From: Eledone cirrhosa | Lineage: Eukaryota | Assembly: GCA_964016885.1 (NCBI GenBank) | Contig: OZ024742.1 | Span: 371,194,001-371,258,000 of the forward strand | Direction of reading: 5' to 3' | Length of the DNA: 64,000 bases | Part shown: positions 1-15,000 of the stretch, one piece after another | How the letters are laid out: each line of letters begins with the position of its first letter | How positions within the stretch are numbered: the first letter of the stretch is position 1 | Notes under the pieces: model-generated | What the model was told of the DNA's origin: nothing | The model's input: the letters and a program-made list of their open reading frames with translations, nothing else | Database searches by the model: none | Program-made: the position numbers and the translations under genes

Positions 1-3000
1 GTTAATGACATAGACAGTGTCTTTCGTTAGAAATATGGCAATGAAAGCGTTAATGAAATAGACAGTCTTTCTTGAGAAATATGGTAATGAAAGGGTTAAT
101 GACATAAAGTGTCTTTCTTGAGAAATATGGTAATGAAAGGGTTAATGACATAAACTGTCTTTCATTAGAAATATGGTAATGAAAGGGTTATTGACAGTGT
201 CTTTCATTAGAAATATGGTAATGAAAGGGTTAATGACATAAACAGGGTCTTTCATTAGAGATATGGTAATGAAAGGGTTAATGACATAAACAGGGTCTTT
301 CATTAGAAATATGGTAATGAAAGGGTTAATGACATAAACTGTCTTTCATTAGAAATATGGTAATGAAAGGGTTAATGACATAAACAGTGTCTTTCATTAG
401 AAATATGGTAATGAAAGGGTTCATGACATAGACAGTGTCTTTCATTAGAGATATGGTAATGAAAGGGTTAATGACATAAACAGTGTCTTTCATTAGAAAT
501 ATGGTAATGAAAGGGTTAATGACATAAACAGGGTCTTTCATTAGAAATATGGTAATGAAAGGGTTAATGATATAGACAGTGTCTTTCATAAGAAATATGG
601 TTATGAAGGGTTAATGACATAAACAGTGTCTTTCATTAGAAATATAGTAATGAAAGGGTTCATGACATAGACAGTGTCTTTCATTAGAAATATAGTAATG
701 AAAGGGTTCATGACATAGACAGTGTCTTTCATTAGAAATATAGTAATGAAAGGGTTAATGACATAAACAGTGTCTTTCATTAGAAATATGGTAATGAAGG
801 GTTAATGACATAGACAGTGTCTTTCATTAGAAATATGGTAATGAAAGGGTTAATGACAGTGTCTTTCATTAGAAATATGGTAATGAAAGGGTTAATGACA
901 TAAACAGTTGTCTTTCATTAGAAATATGGTAATGAAAGAGTTAATGACATAGACAGTGTCTTTCATTAGAAATATGGTAATGAAAGGGTTAATGACATAA
1001 ACTGTCTTTCATTAGAAATATGGTAATGAAAGGGTTAATGACATAAACAGGGTCTTTCATTAGAAATATGGTAATGAAAGGGTTAATGATATAGACAGTG
1101 TCTTTCATTAGAAATATGGTAATGAAAGGGTTTATGACATAGACAGTGTCTTTCATTAGAAATATGGTAATGAAAGGGTTAATGACATAAACAGCGTCTT
1201 TCATTAGAAATATGGTAATGAAAGGGTTAATGATATAGACAGTGTCTTTCATTAGAAATATGATAATGAAAGGGTTAATGACATAAACTGTCTTTCATTA
1301 GAAATATGGTAATGAAAGGGTTAATGACAGTGTCTTTCATTAGAAATATGGTAATGAAAGAGTTAATGACATAGACAGTGTCTTTCATTAGAAATATGGT
1401 AATGAAAGGGTTAATGACATAAACTGTCTTTCATTAGAAATATGGTAATGAAAGGGTTAATGACATAAACAGGGTCTTACATTAGAAATATGGTAATGAA
1501 AGGGTTCATGACAGTGTCTTTCATTAGAAATATGGTAATGAAAGGGTTAATGACATAAACAGTGTCATTCATTAGAAATATGGTAATGAAAGGGTTAATG
1601 ACATAAACAGTGTCTTTCATTAGAAATATGGTAATGAAAGGGGTAATGATATGGTCAGTGTCTTTCATTAGAAATATAGTAATGAAAGGGTTAATGACAT
1701 AAACAGGGTCTTTCATTAGAAATATGATAATGAAAGGGTTAATGACAGTGTCTTTCATTAGAAATATGGTAATGAAAGGGTTAATGAAATAAACAGTTGT
1801 CTTTCATTAGAAATATGGTAATGAAAGAGTTAATGACATACACAGTGTCTTTCATTAGAAATATGGTAATGAAAGGGTTAATGACATAAACTGTCTTTCA
1901 TTAGAAATATGGTAATGAAAGGGTTAATGACAGTGTCTTTCATTAGAAATATAGTAATGAAAGGGTTAATGACATAAACAGGGTCTTTCATTAGAAATAT
2001 GGTAATGAAAGGGTTAATGACGGAAACGGTGTCTTTCATTAGAAATATGGTAATGAAAGGGTTAATGACATAAACAGTGTCTTTCATTAGAAATATGGTA
2101 ATGAAAGGGTTAATGACATAAACAGTGTCTTTCATTAGAAATATGGTAATAAAGGGTTAATGACATAAACAGTGTCTTTCATTAGAAATATGGTAATGAA
2201 AGGGTTAATGACATAAACAGTGTCTTTCATTAGAAATATGGTAATGAAAGGGTTAATGACATAAACAGTGTCTTTCATTAGAAATATGGTAATAAAGGGT
2301 TAATGACATAAACAGTGTCTTTCATTAGAAATATGGTAATGAAAGGGTTAATGACATAAACAGGGTCTTTCATTAGAAATATGGTAATGAAAGGGTTAAT
2401 GACATAAACTGTCTTTCATTAGAAATATGGTAATGAAAGGGTTAATGACATAAACAGTGTCTTTCATTAGAAATATGGTAATGAAAGGGTTCATGACATA
2501 GACAGTGTCTTTCATTAGAGATATGGTAATGAAAGGGTTAATGACATAAACAGTGTCTTTCATTAGAAATATGGTAATGAAAGGGTTAATGACATAAACA
2601 GGGTCTTTCATTAGAAATATGGTAATGAAAGGGTTAATGATATAGACAGTGTCTTTCATAAGAAATATGGTTATGAAGGGTTAATGACATAAACAGTGTC
2701 TTTCATTAGAAATATAGTAATGAAAGGGTTCATGACATAGACAGTGTCTTTCATTAGAAATATGGTAATGAAAGGGTTAATGACATAAACAGTGTCTTTC
2801 ATTAGAAATATGGTAATGAAGGGTTAATGACATAGACAGTGTCTTTCATTAGAAATATGGTAATGAAAGGGTTAATGACAGTGTCTTTCATTAGAAATAT
2901 GGTAATGAAAGGGTTAATGACATAAACAGTTGTCTTTCATTAGAAATATGGTAATGAAAGAGTTAATGACATAGACAGTGTCTTTCATTAGAAATATGGT

Positions 3001-6000
3001 AATGAAAGGGTTAATGACATAAACTGTCTTTCATTAGAAATATGGTAATGAAAGGGTTAATGACATAAACAGGGTCTTTCATTAGAAATATGGTAATGAA
3101 AGGGTTAATGACATACAGTATCTTTCATTAGAAATATGGTAATGAAAGGGTTTATGACATAGACAGTGTCTTTCATTAGAAATATGGTAATGAAAGGGTT
3201 AATGACATAAACAGCGTCTTTCATTAGAAATATGGTAATGAAAGGGTTAATGATATAGACAGTGTCTTTCATTAGAAATATGATAATGAAAGGGTTAATG
3301 ACATAAACTGTCTTTCATTAGAAATATGGTAATGAAAGGGTTAATGACAGTGTCTTTCATTAGAAATATGGTAATGAAAGAGTTAATGACATAGACAGTG
3401 TCTTTCATTAGAAATATGGTAATGAAAGGGTTAATGACATAAACTGTCTTTCATTAGAAATATGGTAATGAAAGGGTTAATCACATAAACAGTCTTTCAT
3501 TAGAAATATGGTAATGAAAGGGTTAATGACATAAACAGTCTTTCATTACAAATATGGTAATAAAGGGTTAATGACATAAACAGTGTCTTTCATTAGAAAT
3601 ATGGTAATGAAAGGGTTCATGACATAAACAGGGTCTTACATTAGAAATATGGTAATGAAAGGGTTCATGACATAGACAGTGTCTTTCATTAGAAATATGG
3701 TAATGAAAGGGTTAATGACATAAACAGTGTCTTTCATTAGAAATATGGTAATGAAAGGGTTAATGACATAAACAGTGTCTTTCATTAGAAATATGGTAAT
3801 GAAAGGGGTAATGATATGGTCAGTGTCTTTCATTAGAAATATAGTAATGAAAGGGTTAATGACATAAACAGGGTCTTTCATTAGAAATATGATAATGAAA
3901 GGGTTAATGACAGTGTCTTTCATTAGAAATATGGTAATGAAAGGGTTAATGAAATAAACAGTTGTCTTTCATTAGAAATATGGTATTGAAAGAGTTAATG
4001 ACATAGACAGTGTCTTTCATTAGAAATATGGTAATGAAAGGGTTAATGACATAAACTGTCTTTCGTTAGAAATATGGTAATGAAAGGGTTAATGACAGTG
4101 TCTTTCATTAGAAATATAGTAATGAAAGGGTTAATGACATAAACAGGGTCTTTCATTAGAAATATGGTAATGAAAGGGTTAATGACGGAAACGGTGTCTT
4201 TCATTAGAAATATGGTAATGAAAGGGTTAATGACATAAACAGTGTCTTTCATTAGAAATATGGTAATGAAAGGGTTAATGACATAAACAGTGTCTTTCAT
4301 TAGAAATATGGTAATAAAGGGTTAATGACATAAACAGTGTCTTTCATTAGAAATATGGTAATGAAAGGGTTAATGACATAAACAGTGTCTTTCATTAGAA
4401 ATATGGTAATGAAAGGGTTAATGACATAAACAGTGTCTTTCATTAGAAATATGGTAATAAAGGGTTAATGACATAAACAGTGTCTTTCATTAGAAATATG
4501 GTAATGAAAGGGTTAATGACATAAACAGGGTCTTTCATTAGAAATATGGTAATGAAAGGGTTCATGACATAGACAGTATCTTTCATTAGAAATATGGTAA
4601 TGAAAGGGTTAATGACATAAACAGTGTCTTTCATTAGAAATATGGTAATGAAAGGGTTAATGACATAAACAGGGTCTTTCATTAGAAATATGGTAATGAA
4701 AGGGTTAATGATATAGACAGTGTCTTTCATAAGAAATATGGTTATGAAGGGTTAATGACATAAACAGTGTCTTTCATTAGAAATATAGTAATGAAAGGGT
4801 TAATGACATAGACAGTGTCTTTCATTAGAAATATGGTAATGAAAGGGTTAATGACATAAACTGTCTTTCATTAGAAATATGGTAATGAAAGGGTTAATGA
4901 CAGTGTCTTTCATTAGAAATATGGTAATGAAAGGGTTAATGACATAAACAGTTGTCTTTCATTAGAAATATGGTAATGAAAGGGTTAATGACATAGACAG
5001 TGTCTTTCTTGAGAAATATGGTAATGAAAGGGTTAATGACATAAACTGTCTTTCTATAGAAATATGTTAATGAAAGGGTTAATGACATAGACAGTGTCTT
5101 TCATTAGAAATATGGTAATGAAAGGGTTAATGACATAGACAATGTCTTTCATTAGAAATATGGTAATGAAAGGGTTAATGACATAAACTGTCTTTCATTA
5201 GAAATATGGTAATGAAAGGGTTAATTACATAAACAGTGTCTTTCATTACAGATATGGAAATGAAAGGGTTAATGACATACTGTATCTTTCATTAGAAATA
5301 TGGTAATGAAAGCGTTAATGACATAAACAGGGTCTTTCATTAGAAATATGGTAATGAAAGGTTTAATGACATACAGGATATTTCATTAGAAATATGGTAA
5401 TGAAAGGGTTAATAACATAAACAGGGTCTTTCATTAGAAATATGGTAATGAAAGGGTTAATGACATAGACAGTGTCTTTCATTAGAAATATGGTAATGAA
5501 AAGGTTAATGACATAGACAGTGTCTTTCATTAGAAATATGGTAATGAAAGGGTTCATGACATAGGCAGTGTCTTTCATTAGAAATATGGTAATGAAAGAG
5601 TTAATGACATAGACAGTGTCCTTCATTAAAAATATGGTAATGAAAAGGTTAATGACATAAACGGTGTCTTTCATTAGTAATATGGTAATGAAAGGGTTAA
5701 TGACATAGACTGTGTCTTTCGTTAGAAATATGGCAATGAAAGCGTTAATGAAATAGACAGTCTTTCTTGAGAAATATGGTAATGAAAGGGTTAATGACAT
5801 AAAGTGTCTTTCTTGAGAAATATACTAATGAAAGGGTTAATGACATAAACTGTCTTTCATTAGAAATATGGTAATGAAAGGGTTATTGACAGTGTCTTTC
5901 ATTAGAAATATGGTAATGAAAGGGTTAATGACATAAACAGGGTCTTTCATTAGAGATATGGTAATGAAAGAGTTAATGACATAAACAGGGTCTTTCATTA

Positions 6001-9000
6001 GAAATATGGTAATGAAAGGGTTAATGACATAAACTGTCTTTCATTAGAAATATGGTAATGAAAGGGTTAATGACATAGACAGTGTCTTTCATTAGAAATA
6101 TGGTAATGAAAGGGTTAATGACATAAACAGTGTCTTTCATTAGAAATATGGTAATGAAAGGGTTAATGACATAAACAGGGTCTTTCATTAGAAATATGGT
6201 AATGAAAGGGTTAATGATATAGACAGTGTCTTTCATAAGAAATATGGTTATGAAGGGTTAATGACATAAACAGTGTCTTTCATTAGAAATATAGTAATGA
6301 AAGGGTTAATGACATAGACAGTGTCTTTCATTAGAAATATGGTAATGAAAGGGTTAATGACATAAACTGTCTTTCATTAGGAATATGGTAATGAAAGGGT
6401 TAATGACAGTGTCTTTCATTAGAAATATGGTAATGAAAGGGTTAATGACATAAACAGTTGTCTTTCATTAGAAATATGATAATGAAAGAGTTAATGACAT
6501 AGACAGTGTCTTTCATTAGAAATATGGTAATGAAAGGGTTAATGACATAAACTGTCTTTCATTAGAAATATGGTAATGAAAGGGTTAATGACATAAACAG
6601 GGTCTTTCATTAGAAATATGGTAATGAAAGCGTTAATGACATAAACAGGGTCTTTCATTAGAAATATGGTAATGAAAGGGTTAATGATATAGACAGTGTC
6701 TTTCATTAGAAATATGGTAATGAAAGGGTTATTGACAGTGTCCTTTCATTAGAAATATGGTAATGAAAGGGTTAATGACATAAACAGTTGTCTTTCATTA
6801 GAAATATGGTAATGAAAGAGTTAATGACATAGACAGTGTCTTTCATTAGAAATATGGTAATGAAAGAGTTAATGACATAGACAGTGTCTTTCATTAGAAA
6901 TATGGTAATGAAAGGGTTAATGACATAAACTGTCTTTCATTAGAAATATGGTAATGAAAGGGTTAATGACAGTGTCTTTCATTAGAAATATGATAATGAA
7001 AGGGTTAATGACATAAACAGTGTCTTTCATTAGAAATATGGTAATGAAAGAGTTAATGACATAGACAGTGTCTTTCATTAGAAATATGGTAATGAAAGGG
7101 TTAATGACATAAACTGTCTTTCATTAGAAATATGGTAATGAAAGGGTTAATGACAGTGTCTTTCATTAGAAATATGATAATGAAAGGGTTAATGACATAA
7201 ACAGTGTCTTTCATTAGAAATATGGTAATGAAAGAGTTAATGACATAGACAGTGTCTTTCATTAGAAATATGGTAATGAAAGGGTTGATGACATAGACAG
7301 TGTCCTTCATTAGAAATATGGTAATGAAAAGGTTAATGACATAAACAGTGTCTTTCATTAGTAATATGGTAATGAAAGGGTTAATGACATAGACAGTGTC
7401 TTTCGTTAGAAATATGGTAATGAAAGGGTTCATGACATAGACAGTGTCTTTCATTAGAAATATGGTAATGAAAGGGTTAATGACATAAACAGTGTCTTTC
7501 ATTAGAAATATGGTAATGAAAGGGTTAATGACATAAACAGGGTCTTTCATTAGAAATATGGTAATGAAAGGGTTAATGATATAGACAGTGTCTTTCATAA
7601 GAAATATTGTTATGAAGGGTTAATGACATAAACAGTGTCTTTCATTAGAAATATAGTAATGAAAGGGTTAATGACATAGACAGTGTCTTTCATTAGAAAT
7701 ATGGTAATGATAATGACATAAACTGTCTTTCATTAGAAATATGGTAATGAAAGGGTTAATGACAGTGTCTTTCATTAGAAATATGGTAATGAAAGGGTTA
7801 ATGACATAAACAGTTGTCTTTCATTAGAAATATGATAATGAAAGAGTTAATGACATAGACAGTGTCTTTCATTAGAAATATGGTAATGAAAGGGTTAATG
7901 ACATAAACTGTCTTTCATTAGAAATATGGTAATGAAAGGGTTAATTACATAAACAGGGTCTTTCATTAGAAATATGGTAATGAAAGGGTTAATGACATAC
8001 AGTATCTTTCATTAGAAATATGGTAATGAAAGCGTTAATGACATATACAGGGTCTTTCATTAGAAATATGGTAATGAAAGGGTTAATGATATAGACAGTG
8101 TCTTTCATTAGAAATATGGTAATGAAAGGGTTAATGACATAGACAGTGTCTTTCATTAGAAATATGATAATGAAAGGGTTAATGACATAAACTGTCTTTC
8201 ATTAGAAATATGGTAATGAAAGGGTTAATGACAGTGTCTTTCATTAGAAATATGATAATGAAAGGGTTAATGACATAAACTGTCTTTCATTAGAAATATG
8301 GTAATGAAAGGGTTAATGACAGTCTTTCATTAGAAATATGGTAATGAAAGGGTTAATGACATAAACTGTCTTTCATTAGAAATATGGTAATGAAAGGGTT
8401 AATGACAGTGTCTTTCATTAGAAATATGGTAATGAAAGGGTTAATGACATAGACAGTGTCTTTCATTAGAAATATGGTAATGAAAGGGTTAATGACATAA
8501 ACTGTCTTTCATTAGAAATATGGTAATGAAAGGGTTATTGACATAAACTGTCTTTCATTAGAAATATGGTAATGAAAGGGTTAATGACAGTGTCTTTCAT
8601 TAGAAATATGATAATGAAAGGGTTAATGACATAGACAGTGTCTTTCATTAGAAATATGGTAATGAAAGGGTTGATGACATAGACAGTGTCCTTCATTAGA
8701 AATATGGTAATGAAAAGGTTAATGACATAAACAGTGTCTTTCATTAGTAATATGGTAATGAAAGGGTTAATGACATAAACAGTTGTCTTTCATTAGAAAT
8801 ATGGTAATGAAAGAGTTAATGACATAGACAGTGTCTTTCATTAGAAATATGGTAATGAAAGGGTTAATGACATAAACTGTCTTTCATTAGAAATATGGTA
8901 ATGAAAGGGTTAATGACAGTGTCTTTCATTAGAAATATGATAATGAAAGGGTTAATGACATAAACAGTGTCTTTCATTAGAAATATGGTAATGAAAGAGT

Positions 9001-12000
9001 TAATGACATAGACAGTGTCTTTCATTAGAAATATGGTAATGAAAGGGTTGATGACATAGACAGTGTCCTTCATTAGAAATATGGTAATGAAAAGGTTAAT
9101 GACATAAACAGTGTCTTTCATTAGTAATATGGTAATGAAAGGGTTAATGACATAGACAGTGTCTTTCGTTAGAAATATTGCAATGAAAGGGTTAATGAAA
9201 TAGACAGTGTCTTTCGTTAGAAATATTGCAATGAAAGGGTTAATGAAATAGACAGTGTCTTTCTTGAGAAATATGGTAATGAAAGGGTTAATGACATAAA
9301 GTGTCTTTCTTTAGAAATGTGTTAATGAAAGGGTTAATGACATAAACAGTCTCTTTCATTAGAAATATGGTAATGAAAGGGTTAATGACATAAACTGTCT
9401 TTCTTTAGAAATATGTTAATGAAAGGGTTAATGACATAGACAGTGTCTTTCATTAGAAATATGGTAATGAAAGGGTTAATGACATAGACAATGTCTTTCA
9501 TTAGAAATATGGTAATGAAAGGGTTAATGACATAAACTGTCTTTCATTAGAAATATGGTAATGAAAGGGTTATTGACAGTGTCTTTCATTAGAAATATGG
9601 TAATGAAAGGGTTAATGACATAAACAGTGTCTTTCATTACAGATATGGAAATGAAAGGGTTAATGACATACTGTATCTTTCATTAGAAATATGGTAATGA
9701 AAGCGTTAATGACATAAACAGGGTCTTTCATTAGAAATATGGTAATGAAAGGGTTAATGACAGAAACAGTGTCTTTCATTAGAAATATGGTAATGAAAGG
9801 GTTAATGACATAAACAGTGTTTTTCTTGAGAAATATGGTAATGAAAGGTTTAATGACATACAGGATATTTCATTAGAAATATGGTAATGAAAGGGTTAAT
9901 GACATAAACAGGGTCTTTCATTAGAAATATGGTAATGAAAGGGTTAATGATATAGACAGTGTCTTTCATTAGAAATATGGTAATGAAAAGGTTAATGACA
10001 TAGACAGTGTCTTTCATTAGAAATATGGTAATGAAAGGGTTCATGACATAGGCAGTGTCTTTCATTAGAAATATGGTAATGAAAGAGTTAATGACATAGA
10101 CAGTGTCCTTCATTAGAAATATGGTAATGAAAAGGTTAATGACATAAACGGTGTCTTTCATTAGTAATATGGTAATGAAAGAGTTAATGACATAGACAGT
10201 GTCTTTCATTAGAAATATGGTAATGAAAGGGTTAATGACATAAACTGTCTTTCATTAGAAATATGGTAATGAAAGGGTTATTGACAGTGTCTTTCATTAG
10301 AAATATGGTAATGAAAGGGTTAATGACATAAACAGGGTCTTTCATTAGAGATATGGTAATGAAAGGGTTAATGACATAAACAGGGTCTTTCATTAGAAAT
10401 ATGGTAATGAAAGGGTTAATGACATAAACTGTCTTTCATTAGAAATATGGTAATGAAAGGGTTAATGACATAAACAGTGTCTTTCATTAGAAATATGGTA
10501 ATGAAAGGGTTCATGACATAGACAGTGTCTTTCATTAGAAATGTGGTAATGAAAGGGTTAATGACATAAACAGTGTCTTTCATTAGAAATATGGTACTGA
10601 AAGGGTTAATGACATAAACAGGGTCTTTCATTAGAAATATGGTAATGAAAGGGTTAATGATATAGACAGTGTCTTTCATAAGAAATATGGTTATGAAGGG
10701 TTAATGACATAAACAGTGTCTTTCATTAGAAATATAGTAATGAAAGGGTTAATGACATAGACAGTGTCTTTCATTAGAAATATGGTAATGAAAGGGTTAA
10801 TGACATAAACTGTCTTTCATTAGAAATATGGTAATGAAAGGGTTAATGACAGTGTCTTTCATTAGAAATATGGTAATGAAAGGGTTAATGACATAAACAG
10901 TTGTCTTTCATTAGAAATATGGTAATGAAAGAGTTAATGACATAGACAGTGTCTTTCATTAGAAATATGGTAATGAAAGGGTTAATGACATAAACTGTCT
11001 TTCATTAGAAATATGGTAATGAAAGGGTTAATGACATAAACAGGGTCTTTCATTAGAGATATGGTAATGAAAGAGTTAATGACATAAACAGGGTCTTTCA
11101 TTAGAAATATGGTAATGAAAGGGTTAATGACATAAACTGTCTTTCATTAGAAATATGGTAATGAAAGGGTTAATGACATAGACAGTGTCTTTCATTAGAA
11201 ATATGGTAATGAAAGGGTTAATGACATAAACAGTGTCTTTCATTAGAAATATGGTAATGAAAGGGTTAATGACATAAACAGGGTCTTTCATTAGAAATAT
11301 GGTAATGAAAGGGTTAATGATATAGACAGTGTCTTTCATAAGAAATATGGTTATGAAGGGTTAATGACATAAACAGTGTCTTTCATTAGAAATATAGTAA
11401 TGAAAGGGTTAATGACATAGACAGTGTCTTTCATTAGAAATATGGTAATGAAAGGGTTAATGACATAAACTGTCTTTCATTAGAAATATGGTAATGAAAG
11501 GGTTAATGACAGTCTTTCATTAGAAATATGGTAATGAAAGGGTTAATGACATAAACAGTTGTCTTTCATTAGAAATATGATAATGAAAGAGTTAATGACA
11601 TAGACAGTGTCTTTCATTAGAAATATGGTAATGAAAGGGTTAATGACATAAACTGTCTTTCATTAGAAATATGGTAATGAAAGGGTTAATGACATAAACA
11701 GGGTCTTTCATTAGAAATATGGTAATGAAAGGGTTAATGATATAGACAGTGTCTTTCATTAGAAATATGGTAATGAAAGGGTTATTGACAGTGTCCTTTC
11801 ATTAGAAATATGGTAATGAAAGGGTTAATGACATAAACAGTTGTCTTTCATTAGAAATATGGTAATGAAAGAGTTAATGACATAGACAGTGTCTTTCATT
11901 AGAAATATGGTAATGAAAGAGTTAATGACATAGACAGTGACTTTCATAAGAAATATGGTTATGAAGGGTTAATGACATAAACAGTGTGTTTCATTAGAAA

Positions 12001-15000
12001 TATGGTAATGAAAGAGTTAATGACATAGACAGTGTCTTTCATTAGAAATATGGTAATGAAAGGGTTAATGACATAAACTGTCTTTCATTAGAAATATGAT
12101 AATGAAAGGGTTAATGACAGTGTCTTTCATTAGAAATATGATAATGAAAGGGTTAATGACATAAACAGTGTCTTTCATTAGAAATATGGTAATGAAAGAG
12201 TTAATGACATAGACAGTGTCTTTCATTAGAAATATGGTAATGAAAGGGTTAATGACATAAACTGTCTTTCATTAGAAATATGGTAATGAAAGGGTTAATG
12301 ACAGTGTCTTTCATTAGAAATATGATAATGAAAGGGTTAATGACATAAACAGTGTCTTTCATTAGAAATATGGTAATGAAAGAGTTAATGACATAGACAG
12401 TGTCTTTCATTAGAAATATGGTAATGAAAGGGTTGATGACATAGACAGTGTCTTTCATTAGAAATATGGTAATGAAAAGGTTAATGACATAAACAGTGTC
12501 TTTCATTAGTAATATGGTAATGAAAGGGTTAATGACATAGACAGTGTCTTTCGTTAGAAATATGGTAATGAAAGGGTTCATGACATAGACAGTGTCTTTC
12601 GTTAGAAATATGGTAATGAAAGGGTTCATGACATAGACAGTGTCTTTCATTAGAAATATGGTAATGAAAGGGTTAATGACATAAACAGTGTCTTTCATTA
12701 GAAATATGGTAATGAAAGGGTTAATGACATAAACAGGGTCTTTCATTAGAAATATGGTAATGAAAGGGTTAATGATATAGACAGTGTCTTTCATAAGAAA
12801 TATGGTTATGAAGGGTTAATGACATAAACAGTGTCTTTCATTAGAAATATAGTAATGAAAGGGTTAATGACATAGACAGTGTCTTTCATTAGAAATATGG
12901 TAATGAAAGGGTTAATGACATAAACTGTCTTTCATTAGAAATATGGTAATGAAAGGGTTAATGACAGTGTCTTTCATTAGAAATATGGTAATGAAAGGGT
13001 TAATGATATAAACAGTTGTCTTTCATTAGAAATATGATAATGAAAGAGTTAATGACATAGACAGTGTCTTTCATTAGAAATATGGTAATGAAAGGGTTAA
13101 TGACATAAACTGTCTTTCATTAGAAATATGGTAATGAAAGGGTTAATTACATAAACAGGGTCTTTCGTTAGAAATATGGCAATGAAAGCGTTAATGAAAT
13201 AGACAGTCTTTCTTGAGAAATATGGTAATGAAAGGGTTAATGACATAAAGTGTCTTTCTTGAGAAATATGGTAATGAAAGGGTTAATGACATAAACTGTC
13301 TTTCATTAGAAATATGGTAATGAAAGGGTTATTGACAGTGTCTTTCATTAGAAATATGGTAATGAAAGGGTTAATGACATAAACAGGGTCTTTCATTAGA
13401 GATATGGTAATGAAAGGGTTAATGACATAAACAGGGTCTTTCATTAGAAATATGGTAATGAAAGGGTTAATGACATAAACTGTCTTTCATTAGAAATATG
13501 GTAATGAAAAGGTTAATGACATAAACAGTGTCTTTCATTAGAAATATGGTAATGAAAGGGTTCATGACATAGACAGTGTCTTTCATTAGAGATATGGTAA
13601 TGAAAGGGTTAATGACATAAACAGTGTCTTTCATTAGAAATATGGTAATGAAAGGGTTAATGACATAAACAGGGTCTTTCATTAGAAATATGGTAATGAA
13701 AGGGTTAATGATATAGACAGTGTCTTTCATAAGAAATATGGTTATGAAGGGTTAATGACATAAACAGTGTCTTTCATTAGAAATATAGTAATGAAAGGGT
13801 TCATGACATAGACAGTGTCTTTCATTAGAAATATAGTAATGAAAGGGTTCATGACATAGACAGTGTCTTTCATTAGAAATATGGTAATGAAAGGGTTAAT
13901 GACATAAACAGTGTCTTTCATTAGAAATATGGTAATGAAAGGGTTAATGACAGTGTCTTTCATTAGAAATATGGTAATGAAAGGGTTAATGACATAAACA
14001 GTTGTCTTTCATTAGAAATATGGTAATGAATGAGTTAATGACATAGACAGTGTCTTTCATTAGAAATATGTTAATGAAAGGGTTAATGACATAAACTGTC
14101 TTTCATTAGAAATATGGTAATGAAAGGGTTAATGACATAAACAGGGTCTTTCATTAGAAATATGGTAATGAAAGGGTTAATGATATAGACAGTGTCTTTC
14201 ATTAGAAATATGGTAATGAAAGGGTTTATGACATAGACAGTGTCTTTCATTAGAAATATGGTAATGAAAGGGTTAATGACATAAACAGCGTCTTTCATTA
14301 GAAATATGGTAATGAAAGGGTTAATGATATAGACAGTGTCTTTCATTAGAAATATGATAATGAAAGGGTTAATGACATAAACTGTCTTTCATTAGAAATA
14401 TGGTAATGAAAGGGTTAATGACAGTGTCTTTCATTAGAAATATGGTAATGAAAGAGTTAATGACATAGACAGTGTCTTTCATTAGAAATATGGTAATGAA
14501 AGGGTTAATGACATAAACTGTCTTTCATTAGAAATATGGTAATGAAAGGGTTAATGACATAAACAGTCTTTCATTAGAAATATGGTAATGAAAGGGTTAA
14601 TGACATAAACAGTCTTTCATTACAAATATGGTAATGAAAGGGTTCATGACATAAACAGGGTCTTACATTAGAAATATGGTAATGAAAGGGTTCATGACAT
14701 AGACAGTGTCTTTCATTAGAAATATGGTAATGAAAGGGTTAATGACATAAACAGTGTCTTTCATTAGAAATATGGTAATGAAAGGGTTAATGACATAAAC
14801 AGTGTCTTTCATTAGAAATATGGTAATGAAAGGGGTAATGATATGGTCAGTGTCTTTCATTAGAAATATAGTAATGAAAGGGTTAATGACATAAACAGGG
14901 TCTTTCATTAGAAATATGATAATGAAAGGGTTAATGACAGTGTCTTTCATTAGAAATATGGTAATGAAAGGGTTAATGAAATAAACAGTTGTCTTTCATT